Below, piece after piece: positions 46,373 to 55,768 of a stretch of 64,000 nucleotides of DNA (positions are counted from its first letter, which is position 1; every line of letters starts with the position of its first letter). Location of the stretch: sequence record PQ898602.1; one strand, written 5' to 3'. The translations under genes were made by a program, and so were the position numbers. The notes under the pieces are model-generated. The model was given only the letters and a program-made list of their open reading frames with translations, was not told the DNA's origin and made no database searches.

Positions 46373-46875
46373 CAGTCGATAATTGTGAGTTCAGTTACAA
46401 ATTGAGCTGTTACACTAGTACCAGCACCTTGACTTGTTCCTGTGATGGTGAGTGTGTGTTTGTTATCGATTGTACCAACAGAACCACCACTACTATAGTC
46501 ACCTGCACTACCTGCGGTATATGCAGTTGAGTTAGTTCCAGTTCCATTACTTGCATCACCTGCAGTAAAAGAATTGCTGAAACTAAAAGCATTACCAGAA
46601 GTTGATTGGGTCGCGGTTGGAATTGATCCTCCTGCTGCACCATTAGTTAGAGTTCCAAGACCACCAACATTTAAGTCTGCAGTGCCTGTTCCACCAACGT
46701 CAGTGACAACTCCACTACCAGACACGGAGTAAGAGTTACCAATTCTAGAAGTGGTTGTTCTTGCTGCGTCTACTGTGTGCTGAAGACTTGACTGGTGTCT
46801 TGTAACTAATCCGCCTGCATTGGCTGCACCTGCGGTCACAAATAACATACTAAATGCTAAGAGAGCTCTCTTCAT
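46372..46875 (-). CDS. Exported Gly/Thr/Ser-rich hypothetical protein
   Basis: MKRALLAFSMLFVTAGAANA signal peptide; minus TAAATA at 46902-46907. Confidence 0.7.
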   Translation of the reverse strand: MKRALLAFSMLFVTAGAANAGGLVTRHQSSLQHTVDAARTTTSRIGNSYSVSGSGVVTDVGGTGTADLNVGGLGTLTNGAAGGSIPTATQSTSGNAFSFSNSFTAGDASNGTGTNSTAYTAGSAGDYSSGGSVGTIDNKHTLTITGTSQGAGTSVTAQFVTELTIID

Positions 46876-46925
46876 TAGAATGCCGAAGTTGAATACAGCC
46901 CTATTTAGCAATAATCAAATTACAC

Positions 46926-47432
46926 TTATCGTACTATCAAACTACCATTCATGCTACCATGAATCGTACACTGGTATTCATAATTGTTTGGCGCATCATG
47001 TGGGATTGTAAACACCTGTGTACCACTTTGGGAACCACTAACATATGTTCCTACACCAATAGATGTTCCTGAAAATTGAATACGGAATGGATGAGTACCA
47101 CCAGTTGAGTTTTCAAAGATATATGAAAATCCTCTTTGAACCTGGATGACTGGATTATTAACAGTATTTAAAACTCCTGGACCTGCAAAACGATATGCAG
47201 AGGATCCATCAGCAGTAATATAATACTTAATTGCAAATGCTACATCAGATCCATCACCTACAGTTGAATTGGTTCTAAAACCAGTTGCAGTACAAACACC
47301 TGTGAGGGTAGTATTAGTTTGAATAGCAACGTGACCTGCAGTGATGTTCAGGTCACCATTACTTTCCAAAGTCGGAGTTCCAGTCGCTCCGACTAAGTTA
47401 ATATCCTTTACACCAAAAGATTTCTCTGCCAT
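46926..47432 (-). CDS. Fibre-associated protein with C-terminal cupredoxin-like domain
   Basis: HPFRI...YQCTIHGSMNG; minus TAAATA at 47451-47456. Confidence 0.65.
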   Translation of the reverse strand: MAEKSFGVKDINLVGATGTPTLESNGDLNITAGHVAIQTNTTLTGVCTATGFRTNSTVGDGSDVAFAIKYYITADGSSAYRFAGPGVLNTVNNPVIQVQRGFSYIFENSTGGTHPFRIQFSGTSIGVGTYVSGSQSGTQVFTIPHDAPNNYEYQCTIHGSMNGSLIVR

Positions 47433-47453
47433 TAGTTTATACTTTTTAGTTAT

Positions 47454-49718
47454 TTATCGGTCAGTGAACGTTATATTCAATCCATTAGTGAATGTAAGTC
47501 CATTTGGATTTTTAATCTGTAGGTTTGGTTTCTGTGGTTCAGATGGAGAACCCGTAGGTGCATCCCAAATGACTACGATATCTGTACCATAGCTATTTGT
47601 TCCATATGCATCTCTCCAGTTGTCATCAGTTGCAGACCAAGATGTTTGATCTCCGCCCATATAAAACTTCGCTGGATTCTGAGGACCACATTGATTTTTC
47701 AACCAAGTCTTAATATCACTCCACAACCATGCTCTATTGTATTGAAGTTTGGTAGTGATCCATCCTGCTGCAGTTGGACATGCAGAACTAGTACCACCAA
47801 AATCCACATCATATGCAGTAAGTGTTAGTCCAGTATATGTTTCTGGATGTTGATAAGTTAGAGCACTATTTCTTCCATCAGCTGTAAGGGTATCATCTGC
47901 TGCGGCATAACAATCAATACTAGAACCTCTATCAGAGTAATTAACAATTTTTTCTTTATAATCTGTTGGTCTGTCGCCAGAATTGCTGCCACCTGATCCA
48001 CTACTTTGAATTTGATCATCCAATGCGCCAATATTGATTGCAGGGTAAATGGTATTCGGACCTGTACCTGCTGCACCAATTGCTTGTGGCCAACCTCTTC
48101 TATTCAGTGTATTATAAGCAGTATAACCAAATTCTGTATGTGTACATTCTGTTAGTGCAACACCAGGAGTACCATTCCAGTAATTATTGTAATCAAGATC
48201 TCCTGGATTTACTTGAGTTTGGTTTGAATTGCCTGCAGCAACAACAAAAATAACACCTGCATCTACTGCTTCTTTTCCTGCAACAACATAAGAAGATTCT
48301 CTAGGGTGTTCACCCTTCATTCTTCCTGAGTCTCCATAATTACCCACATCAACGAAGAAGGCTGGTTCTGCTGTATAGCTTGTAGCACTAGTACCTCCAT
48401 CAATATCTGCTGGTCTGTACCAATAATAGTCACCTTCGCTAGAATGTGAACTGCTCCTGTATCCCCAGCTGTGACTTGATAAGGTAGGATTTCTATCTCC
48501 ATTTTGTTGTCTGCCGTTTGTTTCGGATACCCAACTATAATTTGGCTTATAAAGGTGGAATAATTTTAAGACATCAAAACCTGGACCTGCAATACCTGCA
48601 TCACTGCCGCCATACAGATTCATTACCCATTTGTTGCAGTTGTAAGCAACACCATAATTTTTTCCAAATACTTGACCTGCACATTGTGTTCCATGATTAG
48701 TTCCATTTGTTGCTTTCGCAGTATTAGAACCATTGGATGTAGCTCTTGTATATGCAGTACTAATTCCACTCACAGTACCAATAGTAGAGAATCCTACAGA
48801 TCTTTGTGATGAATCAGACCACCAAGATCTTGCTGCAGATTCTAGAGGAACTGTTGTTCCATCCCAACGAGTAGTTAGGAGTGATGGGTTTGCATTGAAG
48901 AAGTCTGGATCGATATAGTATGGACCATCGACAATAATATCCAAAACGCCACAACAATTTGCACCTTGAGTAGAAATACCTGCCCAAGTTAATGCGTTTC
49001 CAGTTTTCCAATTAGTAGGATTGGTATTGCCGCAATCAACAAACTCTGGGTGTGCAATCCAGAATCCATCATCGCAGACAACTGCATCGACTCCAGTACC
49101 ATCACCAAGTTGTTCTACATCTCTGACAAAGACATGGTGATCGGAATCACTTATTCCAGTATCTGTTGCATCCCAGGGATTTTCTCTCTGTGTGTGTCTA
49201 TAAATCTGATATCCAGTTCTATTATAATCAGTTGCTCCCGCACCAGTTTGTGGTGGTCGCGAGTCTGTGGGACCAGTATTCCAGGCACGATAATTAATTA
49301 CATTTTTTTCAAATCTTTTCTTATATTGAGGAGTTGCGTGTAGTTCACCTGGTTCTGGAGCATAAGTGCCAGGATAAGACTGATAATCAATGTGACAATA
49401 TTCTACTCTTGGATGATCTTTGAGTGCAGCTGCTTCCTCATCATCGAGGAGATAAGTTCCTCTCGTATCACTATGACTTTTTTCGTCTGCACACTCAATT
49501 GAAGATGGTGGGATATTATCTTCTAAAGTCCCATCTTGCATGAGAACTTCATGGACATGTTCCCAATCTTCTTTTGTATAACACCCAATGGTATATAATT
49601 TTTTCCCAGTTCCACCTGGGACAGAATCAAGACTGTCTCGGTCCAGTCTATTAGGTCCAGTCTCGTAAACTACCTGTTCTTCGGTAGGTTCAAGACCGGC
49701 TCTATCTGTCTCGATCAT
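47454..49718 (-). CDS. Subtilisin-like (S8) serine protease with propeptide
   Basis: VVCDDG (Asp), NHGTQCAG (His), VAAGNSN (oxyanion Asn), FGGTSSACP (Ser). Confidence 0.85.
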   Translation of the reverse strand: MIETDRAGLEPTEEQVVYETGPNRLDRDSLDSVPGGTGKKLYTIGCYTKEDWEHVHEVLMQDGTLEDNIPPSSIECADEKSHSDTRGTYLLDDEEAAALKDHPRVEYCHIDYQSYPGTYAPEPGELHATPQYKKRFEKNVINYRAWNTGPTDSRPPQTGAGATDYNRTGYQIYRHTQRENPWDATDTGISDSDHHVFVRDVEQLGDGTGVDAVVCDDGFWIAHPEFVDCGNTNPTNWKTGNALTWAGISTQGANCCGVLDIIVDGPYYIDPDFFNANPSLLTTRWDGTTVPLESAARSWWSDSSQRSVGFSTIGTVSGISTAYTRATSNGSNTAKATNGTNHGTQCAGQVFGKNYGVAYNCNKWVMNLYGGSDAGIAGPGFDVLKLFHLYKPNYSWVSETNGRQQNGDRNPTLSSHSWGYRSSSHSSEGDYYWYRPADIDGGTSATSYTAEPAFFVDVGNYGDSGRMKGEHPRESSYVVAGKEAVDAGVIFVVAAGNSNQTQVNPGDLDYNNYWNGTPGVALTECTHTEFGYTAYNTLNRRGWPQAIGAAGTGPNTIYPAINIGALDDQIQSSGSGGSNSGDRPTDYKEKIVNYSDRGSSIDCYAAADDTLTADGRNSALTYQHPETYTGLTLTAYDVDFGGTSSACPTAAGWITTKLQYNRAWLWSDIKTWLKNQCGPQNPAKFYMGGDQTSWSATDDNWRDAYGTNSYGTDIVVIWDAPTGSPSEPQKPNLQIKNPNGLTFTNGLNITFTDR

Positions 49719-52633
49719 CAGATTCCTCCTGTATAGTTAATGTTCCACTTAGATGTAATTACACCAGACTGACCCGATTCTGGGGTAAATCTGATATCAA
49801 CGTTACTTCCAACGACTGCTGCGTCGATAGACAAGATTTGATTTGGTGAGTACATAATTGCATACTCTTGGGAATATGCAGTGGTACCATCATGCATAAC
49901 GAGAAGTTTCTGAACTTGTCTTTGAGTTCCAAGTCCACAAGTGAAGGTATACTCTGCACTTGCATGGTCACTTAGTGCAAAACTATGTACGGTATATGCA
50001 ACACCTGCAGATGCAGTAGTTGTATTAACACCAGTTTGACCTTGTGCAGTGACTGTTACAACTCCTGCAGAAATGTCAGAACATGTGAGACCAATACCGA
50101 AGTTGATCGTTCCTGCAGTTCCTCTACTTACTCCACTATCAGAAACAGTTACACCTGCACCTGCTCCAGTAACACCAGTAAGTCCACCACCATCACCAGA
50201 GAATGAAGTCGCAGTTAGAACACCAGTGACAACTGCACCAGAAGTGTTTGCTTGGACTCTTACCGTATCTCCATCATCCTTAATACTTGTTCCTGCACCA
50301 ACACTGATTCCCGTAAGTGCGGAACCATCGATTGCAGGGAGAGCACCTGTTAAGTTTGCAGCAGGTAAACTTGTAAGGTTTGCGCCACTTCCATGGAAAG
50401 TACCAGAGAAGTTTGACGCATATAGGTAGTTAGTTCCTGGGTTGAATCTAAGTCCACCATTATCAACCATCAACTTGCTGTAGGAGTTACCTGCACCAGA
50501 GTTGTCCATCATGATGACATTGTAATTTACATTGTCATCAATAGATTCTTCAATTCTAATTCCACCATTGAAATTAGATGCAGTAACGATACCAGAACCA
50601 CCAACTTCAATACCACCTGCGGTCATGGTTACTCCGAACCCTGAACCATTTGCACCAACGTTAAGTTGACCTCTGAAGTTTGATGCGGTTCCGTTGCCGA
50701 ATACGTCAATACCATATTGGTAATAGACACCAGCTGTAGAAGTAAAGTAAACGAGGTTCTGATCGAAGTAAACGTATTGACCAGAAGGAGCTCTCAAGGA
50801 TAGAGTACCACTGGTACTCTCAACAACGTTTGTACTGAACTTGAGGTCCGCAACAGAAGCAACACCAGAAACTTGAATGTCACCTTCGACTGATAGATCT
50901 ACAGTTGGTCGGGTAGAACCAATACCAACTTTTCTTCCTGTGGTGAAGATACCTGCGAGTGCTCCATCAGAGACTGCCCAGGTTCCACCTGCACCAGGTA
51001 GAGATCCACTTGCACCTTGTAGACCCTGGAAACCTGCACCAGTTTCACCTTGAATACCTTGGAAACCATCTTGACCAAGAATGCCCTGTGTGCCTTGTAC
51101 GCCCTGCAGACCTTGTAGACCCTGAGTACCTTGTGCAGCAATATCAGATGCGTCTGCACCTTGAATACCTAAGATACCTTGAGTACCTTGCGCTGCTTGT
51201 GTACCTTGCAGACCCTGGAGGCCTTGGGTTCCTTGAACGCCCTGAAGTCCTTGCAAACCTTGAGTGCCTTGGACACCTTGGGTTCCTTGAACGCCTTGTG
51301 TTCCCTGAGCTCCCTGAATGCCCTGGAGTCCTTGTACGCCCTGAATGCCCTGGAGTCCTTGTACGCCCTGAATGCCCTGTGCTCCAGTTGTTCCCTGAAG
51401 ACCAGTTGCACCCTGTGGACCTTTGATCAGACCAACATCCGACCAAGTAGTTGCTCCAAATGTCCAGAGACGACCAGTGTCATCTGCGATAACACCATTA
51501 CCTGCAACAGGTGGATACCAAACGTAACCAGTATCGTCTGCGGTCAACGTTGTAGCACCAACACCTTGTGTATTGGATGGAATGTTACCGACAATGGTTA
51601 CCGAGGTTCCGTCTTCACCTTCAGTACCCTGTACGCCCTGAGGACCCTGTAGTCCCTGTACGCCTTGAACACCCTGAACGCCTTGGGTACCCTGGATACC
51701 TTGGGTTCCTTGCGCTGCCTGGGTGCCTTGGAGACCTTGTACGCCTTGAGTACCTTGGAATCCGTATGGTCCTTGAGTACCTTGGGATGCTTGTGTGCCC
51801 TGTAGACCTTGAACGCCTTGGAATCCGTATGGACCTTGAGTTCCATCTGTACCTTGAGAACCAGTTACAAGTTCTCCATTTGACCAGAACTGGGATGCAG
51901 TAATAATGCCAGTGGTATTAACGTAGGAATCAGTTGTAAGAGTCTTTGCTACATCTGCTAGGGAGGATACACCTGCGAGAGGAGTGTAGTATGCGAGTCT
52001 TGCTGCATCTACGATAGTTGTGATTCCAGTAACTGTTGCGATACCACCTGCAACTGTTACACCAAGATTTTCATTAAAGTCGATCTTGGAGAATTCACCG
52101 AGGATTACGTTATCATTTCTTAATTCGATACTTCCGATGCCAGCTGCGACTGTTCCACCGCCACTGACTACTGAAGTTGTTAGGGAAATAAGGACACGAC
52201 CTGCACCATCGGGATCACCTAATGTGAGTCCGTTACCGAAGTTGAGTTCTTTTGCAATACCTTTTCTAACCGAGTCGTCTAGAATCTCAACACCAGAGTT
52301 GGTTGCAACTACGTTTTCGAGTTGACTACCATCACCGAAGAATTGTGTTGCGGTAATGACACCTGTTGCGGTGATGTTCCTGACTTCGAGGTGTTCTGCG
52401 GTTGCTACTCCAGCAACGACTGCACCTGTTGTGTTGATAATCGGATTCCCAGTCAGGTTCTCTGCGACTGTTGAAATACCCGCACTATCTACATAACTTT
52501 CTAGATCATCTCCATCCCCAAAGGTATCGTAGAGTTCTTGAAAGTTACTATTAATTTTACCCATTGCAGAACGCAATGAATCACCAGTACCATCATTAGC
52601 GCTACTGCCTGTATTGATACCCAGTCTAGACAT
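49718..52633 (-). CDS. Tail-fibre-like protein with collagen-like G-X-Q repeats
   Basis: N-terminal NDGTGDSLR anchor; long QGxQG tracts; C-terminal LLVMHDGTTAY domain. Confidence 0.8.
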   Translation of the reverse strand: MSRLGINTGSSANDGTGDSLRSAMGKINSNFQELYDTFGDGDDLESYVDSAGISTVAENLTGNPIINTTGAVVAGVATAEHLEVRNITATGVITATQFFGDGSQLENVVATNSGVEILDDSVRKGIAKELNFGNGLTLGDPDGAGRVLISLTTSVVSGGGTVAAGIGSIELRNDNVILGEFSKIDFNENLGVTVAGGIATVTGITTIVDAARLAYYTPLAGVSSLADVAKTLTTDSYVNTTGIITASQFWSNGELVTGSQGTDGTQGPYGFQGVQGLQGTQASQGTQGPYGFQGTQGVQGLQGTQAAQGTQGIQGTQGVQGVQGVQGLQGPQGVQGTEGEDGTSVTIVGNIPSNTQGVGATTLTADDTGYVWYPPVAGNGVIADDTGRLWTFGATTWSDVGLIKGPQGATGLQGTTGAQGIQGVQGLQGIQGVQGLQGIQGAQGTQGVQGTQGVQGTQGLQGLQGVQGTQGLQGLQGTQAAQGTQGILGIQGADASDIAAQGTQGLQGLQGVQGTQGILGQDGFQGIQGETGAGFQGLQGASGSLPGAGGTWAVSDGALAGIFTTGRKVGIGSTRPTVDLSVEGDIQVSGVASVADLKFSTNVVESTSGTLSLRAPSGQYVYFDQNLVYFTSTAGVYYQYGIDVFGNGTASNFRGQLNVGANGSGFGVTMTAGGIEVGGSGIVTASNFNGGIRIEESIDDNVNYNVIMMDNSGAGNSYSKLMVDNGGLRFNPGTNYLYASNFSGTFHGSGANLTSLPAANLTGALPAIDGSALTGISVGAGTSIKDDGDTVRVQANTSGAVVTGVLTATSFSGDGGGLTGVTGAGAGVTVSDSGVSRGTAGTINFGIGLTCSDISAGVVTVTAQGQTGVNTTTASAGVAYTVHSFALSDHASAEYTFTCGLGTQRQVQKLLVMHDGTTAYSQEYAIMYSPNQILSIDAAVVGSNVDIRFTPESGQSGVITSKWNINYTGGI
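51020..51860 (-). repeat. Collagen-like 9-bp-period repeats incl. exact 27-bp tandem (51312-51379, about 2.5 copies)
   Basis: ccctgaatgccctggagtccttgtacg repeated. Confidence 0.9.
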
Positions 52634-52663
52634 TAAAATTTCCTCAGTGTATCCCTATTTTTA

Positions 52664-52721
52664 TATTTATCGTTTCCCAGAATCGGTTATTTATTATATC
52701 AGATGTTGGCAATAATAAATA
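52664..52721. promoter_or_regulatory. Divergent late promoters
   Basis: Minus TAAATA at 52664-52669 and 52688-52693; plus TAAATA at 52716-52721. Confidence 0.65.
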
Positions 52722-52748
52722 ACAGCATAAAAGTACTTTTTGCCACCG

Positions 52749-54341
52749 ATGGATAAGTTCGACATCATTAAATCCTATTTACTAGACGAAGGTTTCGCGG
52801 AAACTGAGGAAGCTGCCATCGGTATGATGGTATCTATGAGTGAGTCTTGGAAAGAAGAAATTCTTGAAGGTTATAAGGGTAAGCATGGTCAGTCTGACAA
52901 AGAATATGCAGACTCCCGTTCCCAGGGTGGTAAGATGGTGTCTGGTGACTCCAAGATGAGTGGTGCAGAATACACCCATGGTCGTAGAGTTAAGGCAGCA
53001 AACCCTGGTATGCAACCTGATGTAGGTGGTAAGACCAAGCCCAAGTCTCAGGGTAAGATGGATGCTGGAACTCGCAATGAGTTGATGTATCGTAAGGCAA
53101 ATCTGAAGAAAGAAGAACTTGAGTTAGACGAGAATCGTCGCGCAGCTCGTTCTGCTGGTGGTTATAAGGACGACTCCAAGAAACAGACTGATCCTTCTAA
53201 GGATGGATTTACTGGTATCTCTGGTAGTATTGCAGATATCATGCGTCAGAACAAAGAGATTGAAGCAAAAAATAAGAAGATGAAGAAGGAAGAGGTTGAA
53301 GTAGAAGAAGGATATAAGGAGATTGATCAAGCCAAGAAGAACAGAATGTTCCGTCGTGCTGGTAATCTTTCCCGTGATGCAATCAGTACTCCCATTCCTC
53401 CAGAGAAACGCCAGGAAGCACACAAAAAGTCTGGTAAGATTGTCAAACAACTGAACAAGTTGAACCAGGAAGAAGTAGTTCTTGAGAAGAAGGAAGAAGT
53501 AGATCCAGAGAAAGCCAAAAAGGAAAAGATTAAGAAAACAATTTCTCATATGGGTAAAGGAAACCCACACTATGATGCCAAGAGTGCTGGAATCTCTCGT
53601 GTAAAAGATTTTAAGTTTACTCCTGTTAAAGAAGAAGTAGTTACTGAGAAGAAGAAAGACGATACATATCTTGAAACAGATATGAAGAAACGTCAGGCAA
53701 ACAACGAAAAGGCTCGTAAGGAAATGGAAAAGATCCCTGGTCAGAAGAACCCACACTTTGAAGAAGTACAACAAGTTGATGAGGCACTACCTCTATTAGC
53801 AGCAGTTCCTGCAATGCTCGGTAAAGCCGCTGCAGTTGGTGCTAAAGTTGGTGCAGTTGGTGCAAAAGCAGGCGCTGCCGCTGCAAAGGTAGGTGCGAAG
53901 TCGGGTATGAAGGCTAAACTGAAACTCAAGATGAAGGATATGGCAAAAGATGCCATTAAGAACAAAGCGCAAGACATGGCATCCAACGTTAAAGATAATG
54001 CCGCAAGTACAGCTAGTGATCTGAATCCACTCGATTCTCTAAAGAATTCTCACGAACCACAAGGTGAACAGATCAATGAGATCTCCGCAGAAACTGCACT
54101 CTCGGCTTCCAAGGCAAGAGACAAACAGGCAATGATGCTCAGAGGTCCAGAGAACACTGAGAAGAGAGCCGAACTGAGAGCAAAGGCATCTCAGAACTAT
54201 GACAGAGCAGTTAAGAAGCGTAAGGCAGGTTACGTCAAGAACACTGCATCTGCACAAGGTCCTGTTAGAAAAATGACTGCTGAGAGTATTAGTGACATCG
54301 CTTCTCTTCGTGCAGAGATGCTAAACGAGGAAAAAGAGTGA
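52749..54341 (+). CDS. Modular late protein; putative protease-processed internal-head polyprotein
   Basis: Eight EE-x(0-3)-[ILV]-x-E type boundaries separating basic modules. Confidence 0.75.
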   Translation: MDKFDIIKSYLLDEGFAETEEAAIGMMVSMSESWKEEILEGYKGKHGQSDKEYADSRSQGGKMVSGDSKMSGAEYTHGRRVKAANPGMQPDVGGKTKPKSQGKMDAGTRNELMYRKANLKKEELELDENRRAARSAGGYKDDSKKQTDPSKDGFTGISGSIADIMRQNKEIEAKNKKMKKEEVEVEEGYKEIDQAKKNRMFRRAGNLSRDAISTPIPPEKRQEAHKKSGKIVKQLNKLNQEEVVLEKKEEVDPEKAKKEKIKKTISHMGKGNPHYDAKSAGISRVKDFKFTPVKEEVVTEKKKDDTYLETDMKKRQANNEKARKEMEKIPGQKNPHFEEVQQVDEALPLLAAVPAMLGKAAAVGAKVGAVGAKAGAAAAKVGAKSGMKAKLKLKMKDMAKDAIKNKAQDMASNVKDNAASTASDLNPLDSLKNSHEPQGEQINEISAETALSASKARDKQAMMLRGPENTEKRAELRAKASQNYDRAVKKRKAGYVKNTASAQGPVRKMTAESISDIASLRAEMLNEEKE

Positions 54342-54475
54342 AGACGTTCAAACACTTCTCTGAAGGAACCAAGGAAGAGAACAAACAAAAAAGTTTGTTC
54401 GCGAGATATAAAGATCTCCAAAATCCTAAAGATCCAAAAACTACAGAAAAACTTCTCAAAAAAGGATCCGCTTGA
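54338..54475 (+). CDS. 45-aa basic protein with T4 capsid-targeting-like N-terminus (MKTFKHFSE)
   Basis: GTGA coupling to upstream stop; terminator follows. Confidence 0.55.
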   Translation: MKTFKHFSEGTKEENKQKSLFARYKDLQNPKDPKTTEKLLKKGSA

Positions 54476-54500
54476 CGGGTCCTCTTTTTTTGACTAAAAT
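54463..54500 (+). promoter_or_regulatory. Overlapping terminator and sigma70 promoter
   Basis: aggatccg-cttga-cgggtcct-ctttttt; TTGACG-N17-TAAAAT. Confidence 0.65.
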
Positions 54501-54548
54501 TACTCTGTGGAGTTTCAGAAATAAATATAGCTACTTTTAGAGAGCTAT

Positions 54549-54992
54549 ATGATAGATTATGAGAACCCTTGGATCTACAAGGGTCGTGCATTTTTATCAG
54601 AAGATATTGGAAATAATTACGGATTCGTATATAAGATTACGAATATCTTGAATGGTAGAGAGTATATTGGAAGAAAGTATTTCGTTCAGAAAAGAAAACC
54701 AAAAGGTGGTAAACGCCGAGTCACTTCTGAGTCTGATTGGAAGAAGTATTATGGGTCTTGCCCTGAGTTAAAAGACGACATTAAAAAGTTCGGAAAACAT
54801 AACTTTACCCGTGAAATTCTCAGTATACATAGTACACTGGGAAAAGTGAATTACGAGGAGACCCGTCAGTTGTTCGTACAGGGAGTCCTGACCGAATCGC
54901 TTGACAACGGGGTTCCGAGGTTCTACAATTCTAATGTTCTCGGCCGTTACTACAGGAAGGACTACTTTCATGGAACAAGATCTGATGAATGA
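54549..54992 (+). CDS. GIY-YIG family protein
   Basis: YGFVYKITN...YIGRK, W..YYGS, F.REIL..., YEE. Confidence 0.75.
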   Translation: MIDYENPWIYKGRAFLSEDIGNNYGFVYKITNILNGREYIGRKYFVQKRKPKGGKRRVTSESDWKKYYGSCPELKDDIKKFGKHNFTREILSIHSTLGKVNYEETRQLFVQGVLTESLDNGVPRFYNSNVLGRYYRKDYFHGTRSDE

Positions 54993-55110
54993 GACAGACT
55001 ATCTCAAGGACCAAATCATTGATCGCATCCATGACCTAGTGGCTATGGGTGACTATCTGAATGCGACTGCTGTTTATGAGGAGTTCAAAGAAAACTTCCA
55101 AGAACAATAG
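54967..55110 (+). CDS. Small hypothetical protein
   Basis: Open frame; start 54967 or 54982. Confidence 0.5.
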   Translation, partial: FMEQDLMNETDYLKDQIIDRIHDLVAMGDYLNATAVYEEFKENFQEQ

Positions 55111-55140
55111 TCATATATACTCATAACTACTTCAAGAAGA

Positions 55141-55554
55141 ATGAAACTTCGTAACCTGATCAAAGTTGTTGAAAAAGTTATTGCACCAGAACCTCTTGAA
55201 GAAATCAAAGAGGAAGATATTGAATGTGCGATTGATGAACAAGTAGTTCCCTGTGAAGAGTTGCAGGAACCAGAACCCCCTTATACTGGTTATCCTGCTC
55301 CTGCTTATCTTGTGGATGATCCTTGGTTTGGACCTGCACCCACTCTGACTGAAAAACAGATGGATTATATGCAGATGGAAACTGAAGTCAAGATGCAAGA
55401 AGAGAAGGAACGTGAAGAATCTGGTAGTGAACCAGAGAATATTCACCAACTCATGTATGAAATGGCTACAAAAAATGCTCCAACTACTATTCAGTTGAAT
55501 CCGATTGGTGGTTCGGAAATGTTCCAAGGAGGATCAGAAAATGTCCACCGATGA
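55141..55554 (+). CDS. Acidic Pro-rich hypothetical protein
   Basis: DDPWFGPAP; IHQLMYEMAT. Confidence 0.65.
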   Translation: MKLRNLIKVVEKVIAPEPLEEIKEEDIECAIDEQVVPCEELQEPEPPYTGYPAPAYLVDDPWFGPAPTLTEKQMDYMQMETEVKMQEEKEREESGSEPENIHQLMYEMATKNAPTTIQLNPIGGSEMFQGGSENVHR

Positions 55555-55759
55555 TTGGCGTTATAGTGATGAACGTATGGATGTACGAACTCAAGGATTG
55601 AATATCCTTCTTAATAAGTTTGGACGTGAAATATGTTCAGATGGATCGCCAAGGTATTCCAATCAGAGTATTTACGAATGCGTTCATGATTGGGTTTCTC
55701 AGGGTAATATTAGAACTGATGGTATCGTTGCATACTACAAAGCATATTACGCTAACTAA
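55541..55759 (+). CDS. Conserved hypothetical protein
   Basis: MSTDDWRYSDERM...YECVHDWVSQG. Confidence 0.65.
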   Translation: MSTDDWRYSDERMDVRTQGLNILLNKFGREICSDGSPRYSNQSIYECVHDWVSQGNIRTDGIVAYYKAYYAN

Positions 55760-55768
55760 TTTATTCTA

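Noticed and set aside
51020-51860. CRISPR-like or DGR repeat array
   Set aside because: Repeats have 9- and 27-bp period, are in frame and encode G-X-Q collagen-like protein; no spacers, cas genes or reverse transcriptase
54549-54992. Novel mobile homing endonuclease
   Set aside because: Short GIY-YIG catalytic domain only, with no DNA-binding tail; appears to be a routine T4-like gene
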